Position numbers and translations under genes: made by a program. From the NCBI RefSeq assembly GCF_000143415.4, contig NW_003314276.1, positions 22,105 to 86,104 of the forward strand: 64,000 bases of DNA. Reading direction: 5' to 3'. This document shows, piece after piece, positions 26,055 to 35,400 of the stretch; the stretch's first letter is position 1, and the number at the start of each line of letters is the position of its first letter. The notes below the pieces were generated by a model. The model searched no databases and had not been told where the DNA came from. It worked only from the letters and a program-made list of their open reading frames with translations. The stretch is from Selaginella moellendorffii (lineage: Eukaryota > Plantae > Lycopodiophyta).

Positions 26055-27314
26055 ATTTGGTATCGGAGCCTCTTCCTCAGTTCTAGCGAAGGATAGAGGC
26101 GGATTGCTGGGAGATGGCAAGGGCAGGACGTAAGCGAATCTAGGCAGAGACGGAACCCTTCTCCAGAGTTGGAGCCTCCGGTCGAACAGGAGGCTATGGA
26201 TGAGGAATCCTTGCATGAGGAGGACTCCAGTGAGGCAACTTCCAAACAGGAGTCTGGTGGTGAGGTTCGGTCGTCCAAGGCTCGATTGGATGTTCTAGAA
26301 GGACAATTGGCACAGACCAATGCCCTGCTAGAGACTCTCGTACGCAAGCTAAAGCGTGACGAGAAGCGGAAGAAAAAGCGAAAGACTGCAGATGCTGGTA
26401 GCGCAGAAGGTGCGGACCCCTCGGCAGGGACTGAGGCAAAACCAGACAAGGTCGAACAGACCAAAGTGGAATCAGTCCCTTAGGCAGTTCCCAAGTACAA
26501 ACCAAAGCCCCCACCGGTCTTCAAGGGAGTGAACGACTATAAGGTGGTGGAGGATTGGTTTTACGATATGGAGGACTACTTCCGAGCGTTGCGATTACCG
26601 AGCTCGGAGAAGGTCCCATGTGCAAAACCATACTTGGCAGATAATGCCAAGTCTTGGTGGAGAACGACAGAGGCCAACGAAGGACCAGTGGCCACTTGGG
26701 AAATGATGAAGGCGAGGATCCGCGCAACTTACGTTCCTCCGAATGCTACTCTGCATCTAAGGGACGAGCTGAGTAGGCTGAAGCAGACCGGAACCATTCA
26801 GGAGTATGTGAATGGGTATATGGCAAAGAGGATACTTGTCACGGACATGGGGGATATGGATGCGTTCCATGCCTTCATATCAGGTTTGCAAACCTGGGCT
26901 CGCGGTGAAGTAATGCGGTGGAACCCGACCAACTACAAGGAAGCGTTGGATGCAGCCATCAAGGTGCATTTCAACGATAACCTGCGAAAGGGGAACGCGA
27001 CGGGGTCGGGATCCATGTTTAGCAAAGGGGCCAAACCAAGGGGAACGTTTAGCAGAGGGAAATTCAAGAAGAGTTTCTCTAAGAATGAGTCCTCGGGGTT
27101 CCGGAAAGGCAGATCTGGTGGCCAGCGAGCGAGTACGTGGGGGAGTCAAGTGAAAAGAGACAAACCCATGGATAAGAAGGTCAAGTCGTATAGCAGCGTG
27201 GGAAACAACGTATGCTACAACTGCGGCGAAGCTAAACACTTCTCGAGGGAATGTCCCTACCCGAAGAAGGCCAGAGCCAATATGGCCATCAAGTCGGGTG
27301 AAGTCCAAACAGAG

Positions 27315-27369
27315 GTATGTAATCCAGTCCCTAACTCAAAGTTACTCATTACACGAGCAACTTTGGTAG
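27315..27369 (+). other. Candidate 55-nt intron between Gag and protease (GypsyA)
   Basis: GAG|GTATGT donor, CCCTAAC branch-like motif, TTTGGTAG acceptor; removal gives RVVRDIY*. Confidence 0.6.
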
Positions 27370-29988
27370 AGAGTTGTTCGTGACATCTACTAGCCCTCCG
27401 AGGGAAGCTCAGAGGTAGCTTTGTTAAAATCCTTATTGACACGGGTGCTTCGGATAATTTTGTGGCTGCAGACATAGTCCGGCAAGCCGGACTAACAGTG
27501 CAGCGGCTAGGCGAACCAAGGACTATAGAGTTTGTTCAAGGTAGCCAAAGCACCGATGAGGTACTTCGACAAGCGAGAGTCGAAGTGGGGACTTGGAAGG
27601 TGGACATGGATTTCACCGTGTTGGACATGGCGGGATTTGACGTGATCTTCGAAATGGACTGGTTCAATCGATTTGTGGTAGCCCTGCATGGACAAGGTAG
27701 AAACCTTGTGGTACTGGCGAATGCCCAAGGAAGAAGATCTAGGGTGGAGGCCCAAGATCTAAAGGTAGGGCAAAGCAAGGCCAAAGATTCCTGCTTAAAT
27801 CTGGTGTCCACGAGAGGACAACTCACTAAAGGAACTAAGGCGGCCTTTTTGTGCTTACTCTCGGTGAAGAGTGACAAAAAGACAGGAACGGAAGAAGTAC
27901 CTTTAGTGATCCAGCGGGTGTTAGACCAATTCCAGGATACCATGCCAGAGGAGCTACCGGCGGGGCTACCCCCAGCACGACGGATAGAACATAAGATTGA
28001 GCTCGTCAAGGGTGCTGAGGCAGTGGTTCGTCCCCCTTATCGTTTGAACGAAAAAGAACTCAAGGAGCTCAAGTGCCAACTAGAGGAGTTGGTGGACAAA
28101 GGGTATGTTAGGTTGAGCAAGTCGCCGTATGGGGCGCCGGTGTTATTTGTGAAAAAGAAAGATGGATCTATGTGTATGTGCATAGACTACTGGTTGCTCA
28201 ACAAGTATACAAAGAAGAACAAGTACCCTTTGCCAAGGATTGAGGACCTGTTCGATAGGTTGGGAAAGGCAAAATACTTCTCGAGGATTGACCTAAGGTC
28301 AGGATACTACCAGATTAGGGTAGCCGAGGAAGATGTCGAGAAGACAACCTGTCAAACGAGGTATGGGAGCTTTGAGTTTCTGGTGATGCCCTTCGGGCTA
28401 TGCAATGCGCCGGCAACGTTTTCGGCGCTAATGAACCACATCTTTGTACCCTATCTGGATCACTTCGTGGTCGTCTATATCGACGACATCCTGATCTATA
28501 GTGAGACGCTAGAGGAGCATGCCGAACACTTGGCGAAGGTGTTTGAGAAACTAAGGGAACACAAACTGTATGCTAAAGAGAGCAAATGTGACTTTGCTCA
28601 ATAAGAGGTAAAGTTTCTCGGGCATGTGGTGGGCCAGGACGGGCTCAAGGTGGACCCGGAGAAGGTCCAAGCGATCCAGGAATGGGAGCGACCATCCAAT
28701 GTACACGAGTTGAGGGCATTCCTGGGGCTATGCAACTACTATCGAAAGTTTATCAGACACTATTCGAGAGTAGCCCTGCCCTTAACGGACCAAACAGGAA
28801 AAGGGGAGATGGTGTGGACAGCGGAATGCGAGGTGGCATTCGTCCACCTCAAAGGGAAGTTGAGGAAGGCTCCCGTATTGGCATTACCAGACTTTGGTAA
28901 GGACTTTGAGGTAGAAATGGATGCTTTGGACTTTGCGTTGGGCGCAGTTTTGAAGCAAGACAACCATCCGGTAGCGTTCTTCTCAAAGAAGCTGGACAAG
29001 GCTCAACGGAAGTGGCCTGCCCACGAGAAGGAATTGTTTGCGGTGGTCAAGGTGTTCAAGGAGTGGCGACACTACCTTGGGAGACACTTCAAGGTTTACA
29101 CGGACAATGTGGCAACGAAGCACTTCTTGTCACAGCCCGACCTAAGAGGGAAACAAGGTCGGTGGGCCAATGCCTTGGCTGAGTTTGATTGCGAGATTCT
29201 GTACAAGCCTGGGAAGAGCAACATCGTGGCGGATGCGCTAAGTCGAAAAGCGAGCTTGAGGTTGGCAATATCCAGCGCAACAGCAACCTTTTGGGACGAT
29301 GTGCGGACAGCATATGAGAACGATGGTTTAGCACAAGAAGTGTTGCTAAAGAATCTAGAGGCACGAGAAGCTCACCAGAGAGGTGAGCTGCCAACGGAAG
29401 AGAAAACGGGCTATGCGGAACGCAACGGACTCATCTATTACAAGCAAACGAGGGTGTATGTTCCAGAAGGGGAACTAAGGAAGGTGGCCTTAGAAGAGTG
29501 TCATGACGGACCTCTTGCGGGACACGGCGGAGTGCCCAAGACGATGGGCTTACTCAAAAGGAAGTACCATTGGCCAGATATGGCTAAGGACGTCCAAGAC
29601 TATTTAAAGACATGTCCAACATGTCAGCAGGTAAAAGCCGTGACTAAGGCTAGTGGGGGCTTGTTGCAAAGCATCCCAATTCCAGATCGCCCGTGGAAAT
29701 GTCTTACGATGGACTTCATCACGGGACTCCCTCCAAGCGAGGGGTTTGATGTGATATTCGTGGTGGTGGACCGATTTTCGAAAATGGCACATTTCATACC
29801 CACCACAACAGAGGTGGATGTGGAAGGTGTGGCGAAGCTATTTTTCGAACAAGTGGTTCGAGTGCGGGGAAGACCACAAGAGATCATCTCAGATCGAGAT
29901 AAGATCTTCACCAGTAGGTTCTGGAGGACTCTCCTAGAACAGTATCGCACCAAGTTGAAATTCAGCACAGCCTATCACCCACAGACAG

Positions 29989-30034
29989 GTATGGGGTATT
30001 AAGTCAAGTTGTTGGTACTAACACTTCTTGACAG
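29989..30034 (+). other. 46-nt spliceosomal intron in the integrase core (GypsyA)
   Basis: CAG|GTATGG...TACTAAC...TTCTTGACAG|AC; removal exactly restores [16 protein letters not shown]. Confidence 0.9.
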
Positions 30035-30452
30035 ACGGACAAATGGAAAGGGTGAATAGGCAGCTGGAGGATTATTTGCGATGCTATGTCTCGGAAGACC
30101 AGACCGATTGGGTAAGTCATTTGGGACTTGCGGAAATGTGTTATAACAACTCACCACATTCGAGTATCGGGGTGAGTCCATGGGAAGTCATCAATGGGCG
30201 AGCTATTGAAGGTCCTGTGGAACTTGGCATGGCCGAGTATCATGGAGAGTTGCCCGCAGTGGAGGCATTCACGGTGGAAAGACTCAGCATTTGGAATCTA
30301 GTGAGGGATTCCTTGGAACGGGCTCAACAAAGGCAAACCAAATACGCGAACCAGAAGCGTCGGGATGTAGAGTTCCAAGCTGGGGAGAAGGTGTGGCTGA
30401 ACACCAAGAACCTCAGACTACCAAGTGGGATCAGCCGAAAGTTGACCCAAAG

Positions 30453-30504
30453 GTAAAGATGCATGTACTCCTGTGAATGAATTGATCTTGAGTTCCTTAA
30501 GCAG
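30453..30504 (+). other. 52-nt spliceosomal intron just before the integrase GPY motif (GypsyA)
   Basis: AAG|GTAAAG...TTCCTTAAGCAG|G; removal exactly restores RKLTQ-R-FAGPYEI. Confidence 0.88.
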
Positions 30505-30990
30505 GTTCGCGGGGCCTTACGAGATTGAGGCACGAATCGGTAAAGTGGCTTACCGACTCCAACTTCCTCAAGAGATGGGGAAGGTGCACCCAGTGTTCCA
30601 CGTGAACTTACTCAAGCCGTACTTTGAGGATCTGCTTCGCAAGGACCAAGTGAGACCTTTACCTGAGGTTATCCAAGGGGAAGAGGAATACGAAGTCGAG
30701 GCCATCCTCAATGCGCGCAAGAGCAAGCGACAAGGACGCGAGGTGAGAGAGTTCCATGTGAAGTGGAAAGGATTTCCACACTGCGAAGCAACATGGGAAC
30801 CGGAGGAGAACCTAGCGAACGCGCGAGATCTAGTGGAGGAATTTCTGCAAGGCAGAACTCTATGTACTTATGCAAAATTCAATTAAAAATATCAATTTGC
30901 AAAGTTGAGCAAGTGGCATATGTTGGGACCTGAAGGCGCGCCGAAGGTAAGCTAATTAGCATGGGTTGGATAGGTCAACCAGGCGTAGGG

Positions 30991-31224
30991 CACTACGCCC
31001 GACTCCCCGCGGGGATGTCGAATCCGTAGACGTATTCTACGGAGGTTGGGTTCGAGTCCCAACCCCCCTAGTAAAGCAAGGCTGGGTTCAAGTCCCGACC
31101 CCATACTAGGGCGTGGTGAGGTTAGGGGTATAGGGACACCTATATTCCGTTGTCATGGGCTCTTGGCCGGGGAGGCTAACTTAGGCACACCGCTAAATGG
31201 GGGGATGCCCCTGGAGACATGGTC
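30991..31224 (+). ncRNA. Predicted structured cis-RNA in the GypsyA 3' UTR with two T-loop hairpins
   Basis: Multiple stems with compensatory changes relative to 43300-43513; see findings. Confidence 0.7.
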
Positions 31225-31290
31225 AACAAGTCGTAGGATAAAACGAGACGTTCGATGTGGGCATCGAACTTCTTCTATGGGTGGTGGAGT

Positions 31291-32447
31291 TGTAAGGAAC
31301 CGACTCCCCGAGATGTCGTAGGCTAAAGGATCCCCAAAAGCTTGACCGAAATGACAAAGAGTTCATCGGATGGGACCAAGTCGAGGATCAAGTCCAAGAC
31401 CGATTCTAGGACCGAGTTCGAGATAGAGTCCGGAATCAAGTCCAAGACCGACTCGGGGACCGAGTTCGAGTCCGAGTTCGACACCGAGTTCGAGACGGAG
31501 TCCGAGATCCAAAATCAGGTCCGAGACCGAGTCCGAGGTCGAGTCCGAGGTCGGGTCCGAGATCGGGTCCGAGATGAGTCCGAGATNNNNNNNNNNNNNN
31601 NNNNNNNNNNNNNNNNNNNNNNNNNNNNNNNNNNNNNNNNNNNNNNNNNNNNNNNNNNNNNNNNNNNNNNNNNNNNNNNNNNNNNNNNNNNNNNNNNNCC
31701 CAGGGGGGGGGGGATGCAGGGGGTTCCAAAAGTATAGTAGGGATAGTGAGGTCCAGGAACTAGTTTTGAAGGGACTCTCCAGTTGGGCTTCCAAACCGAC
31801 TTGAGGTTGAGACTGGGACCGAGGGGCCTTGGGTGAGAGTGAGCATGGACTTGGCTGGTGCCGGAGGGGCCATCCAAGGAAGTGCTCAAGAGCAGCTCCC
31901 ACTCCCGAAAGGGAAACCGACTGCGGTGCTCCCGGCTCAGGTGGAGTGGTGCCCCACTTGAGTACCTCGTGGCTCATTGGTCCTCGCCCTTCTGGGGGCT
32001 TGGGCCTTCCCTTCGGGATGGAAGAGGGGGGGTAGAGGTACCCATACCGGGCCGTTAGGCCATGGTGTTTCGCCCTGACGTCCCGAAGCAAGTGCTGCAC
32101 CCAAGACTTGGGATTTAGAGGGTCCCATGATCAAGTCTTGTGGTACCAAGGGGTGTTAGGAATCTGGAGGCTTGGTGTGCTTGGCTGTTTGTGCCTGCGG
32201 GGAGTGTAGCCTAACCTTAAGTCCAGTCTAACCCGGGGAGGGGGATTGGGAGAGATTTGGGAATCCGTAGATGGATGGCTAACACTCCGTTGCTCGTGCA
32301 GTAAGTAGCTGAAACCAAGTAGGACCAAGTAGGAGCTGGTACCATAGGCGGGAACCTTGGCGAGGGAACTTAGCACAAGCCAAGGCAGAGTTGGTTGGAT
32401 AGACGAGGTAAGCTAGCAAATTGGAAAGGAAAAATTTGTGGTTTACA
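31291..32447 (+). repeat. GypsyA 3' LTR (contains an N gap)
   Basis: Copy of 24894-26054. Confidence 0.96.
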
Positions 32448-32484
32448 CCTGTCTATTGTTCCTAGATAATGATGGGCATCACCA

Positions 32485-35400
32485 TGTCGCAAATGTGACT
32501 TTGGGTATCGAAAGATACTTGTCGGCCAGTACTTACCGACCCTCTCTCCTTACTGCCATGACAGCAGGATGTCCGTACTGCTGGTTCCCTTTATTGGCCC
32601 CTCTTGTCCAAGTGTTAGTAAATTGGACTTAGCATCTGTATTTGGCCAGATGAGCATAAGGACGGAATTCCTAAGTGTCTATTTGGCCAAGCATACTTAG
32701 CCCGGCTTTTTAGTTCTCTTTTTCTCTGTGTTGCACTAGCTTGGCAAGAACCCCCACGATATTGAGACTAGTCCCTCAATATTCGCTAGATGATAGCTTA
32801 CCATGTCTGCCAAACACCCTCGCTATCATCTAGAAAATTAATTAATTATAACGTAATTCTAATTAATGTTAACAAGTATAATGTATAACTATATTAACAT
32901 ATAATTAATCATGTTTAATGTTCTGTAATCTTATTATAGTAATATATGTTTATTAACATATATTCTATTCTAAAATTCTCGGTTTTTACCCTGTATCATC
33001 CAAAGGAAATAACATCCCACTCTATCAGAACTAACTCAAGCAATGATCAATAGAAAAGAATGAATGTTGCAAAACCAACAAATATAATGTTCATGCCAAC
33101 CATCGCACCAGCCAATCTGAATAGATCCTGGTCAACAATACGAAGGAATCAGAATTGCTTCATTAGAACTAACTCAAGTAATGATCAACAGAACAAAATG
33201 AATGTTGCAAGACCAACAAACATAGTGTTCATGCCAACCATTAGCCAATCTGAATAGATCCTAATCAACAATACAAAGGAACCCAAGTTGCTTTTAGCAA
33301 GTGTCAACTATATCCTATTAATATCTTAAACCCAAGAGACCAATCCAGAGCAAACCACAAAGAACAAGTGGTATTGTGAAAAGCCATAAGCTATCAAAGC
33401 CATAAGCTATCATTTGAACGTCAACATAGTTGCTAACTAAAAAAATGTATGAATGCCAACAACACAAAGCTATAGCCAAATCATCAACACTATCTTCATC
33501 AAGACTAATGAAACTCAATGTCAATCCTTGGAAGGATATCTCATTTCACTCAGATCTCAATATCAATAATGTCGACGACAAAGCATCACTTCAATGCCAT
33601 CAACACCAGAACAAAGCTAGAAGAAAGCAAGAGTGAATCACCACTCAAAACTCTCTAGCAACCAAGCTAACCAAAGTCAAAGATACTTTACTTAGCAGCT
33701 GAGACTAATCCTTCAACAACACTCAGTTATAGATAACACATTATCAAGGAGTGATTCACCACGTCCAAGACTCAATGAAATTCAATACCATAGACTAAAC
33801 GTCACCAAATGATATCGACAGACGTAGAATCGATATGCCATCATGGAAAACCCATGTAAGTCTAACGACACAATCCTCCGCAACACCATCCAGTAAAGCA
33901 AGACCATCACTGCTAAATTATCATCGAGCAAAGCAAGTGTCAACAATCCTCAACTAAGTCTACAAGCAATTATTAGTTGTCAAACAACCAACAATCACTC
34001 TTTTAACTTGCCTTCACAAGGCTTAAACACTAAACTCATGTCATCGAGTCATATATTTGTCCAACATGAACATAATACCCCATTTATGAGATAAAGGTTC
34101 ATAGATAAGCATGAACTAAATGACTACTCGAATTCAACTCAACCACGATAAACTCACTAACACATCTAGTCAATAGCTCTAAGCATGCCTTGAAGAGGCT
34201 AGCTATGCATAATCAACACTTAGTCGAAACTAAAGTGAAGACCATGAGATGGACTCACATCGGTAGATAACCTCCTCCTAAACAAAGCTATAGTACAGGT
34301 ACTACCATCTTAACCTTAAACAACTAAGTTGGACATCACCATCCTCAGCCAAGGCACAAGACCACTAATATCAAGTCAGGATCAGTGAAAGCTCATTACT
34401 CTCATAGAGTCTAAATAAAATGCAAAGTGCAACCTGCCACCAAGCATAATGCTATGGAAGAAAGGCACAAGGGTCACCTTTCTTAAAAAAGTGCAACGGC
34501 CACTTTTCTACACCAACTCCAGACTCTATCCAACTCAATTATCTTAGCTTCAAAAGTCAGCATCCTTTTCAGGTCGTATCATACAAACTACCTACCAAGG
34601 TCTAAGCCAACCGAAGTCAACTCCAACCCCTTCACTAATTTGTACTGCCTTACGAAAACGGAATGGTTTTCGGACAAAGTAATCAACAAATCAGCCATTG
34701 GAAAAGCCTAAGAAAATTTGTGGAAAATTTTCCATCCTAGAGAAAGAATGACTCTCAGTCTAGGAATACAAACTTTCAAGACTCAACCAAATTTCTCTTA
34801 CCAACAATTTCACATAAGTTCACCTTAACATAAATTCTCATGACCCCATAGCATGCTTAAGCATCAAACATGTTTGCCCATCTAACTGATATCCAACACC
34901 GACATCCTCAAAGTGCAAAATGAATATCAAAGGCTTGATCACGAAAACCACATCTTCGGATATCCATATTGCACTAACATTTTTCTTCAACCATCTTGAA
35001 GATCCAATGTGAAGCCAAAATACTAACAAGAAAAATGACATGGAAAATCAAGCTCTAAGGAAAATTCCTCATCACTCGAAATAACAATGCCACTTCCACT
35101 AACACAAGTGTTAGCGATGTCAATGCTTCAACTACACACCTTCTCCATCCAATAATCTACTCCAAGTGCTAACGGATCAACCAACAAGCTATAGCAAGTG
35201 AATGCTATAACCCTATTTCCAACACCTTAATGGGCATTCTCAATGAAACAAGGTACCAACTTAAGCTTAACATAATGGATCACCACCGAGAATCCAGTCA
35301 AAGCTACTACAATGCTACTTTGTGCAAGTAGACTAGCTTCACCATCAACCACTTTGGGGTTAATCATTGTTTAACCAAGCAACTTCATAAACACATTGCT

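Larger units (their letters stand above)
26114..30886 (+). pseudogene. GypsyA gag-pol (Gag, CCHC knuckle, protease, RT, RNase H, integrase, classical chromodomain); intron-containing
   Basis: One frame runs 26169-30002 with three point stops (TAG 26481, TGA 27381, TAA 28602). Motifs: CYNCGEAKHFSREC, LIDTGAS, YIDDIL, HHCC, MDF, SDRD, GPY, EYEVEAIL..VKWKGF..ATWEPEENL. The frame moves +1 at each of two integrase introns. Confidence 0.95.
24894..32447 (+). mobile_element. GypsyA: full-length Ty3/gypsy chromovirus LTR retrotransposon
   Basis: LTRs 24894-26054 and 31291-32447 (TGTAAGG...TTTACA, about 98% identical by eye). iMet-type PBS TGGTATCGGAGCC at 26058-26070, PPT at 31277-31290, TSD CCTAT/CCTGT. 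Domain order gag-PR-RT-RH-IN-chromodomain. Confidence 0.97.

Noticed and set aside
25886-29968. Antisense ORFs of 100-192 aa over GypsyA
   Set aside because: Shadows of the gag-pol frame with no recognisable motifs.
29989-30504. Explaining the integrase frame changes as ribosomal frameshifts, simple indels or TE footprints
   Set aside because: Each is a 46-52 nt insert with exact GT-AG borders whose removal restores conserved motifs. No slippery site, terminal repeats or extended TSD is seen.
30948-30974. AG|GTAAGC...GATAG candidate intron in the GypsyA 3' UTR
   Set aside because: Only ~27 nt to the nearest AG, shorter than any host intron seen, and there is no coding constraint to test it.
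31041-31103. tRNA genes suggested by GGTTCGAGTCCC (also 43344-43392)
   Set aside because: No D arm, anticodon arm or acceptor stem in tRNA spacing; treated as part of a larger fold.
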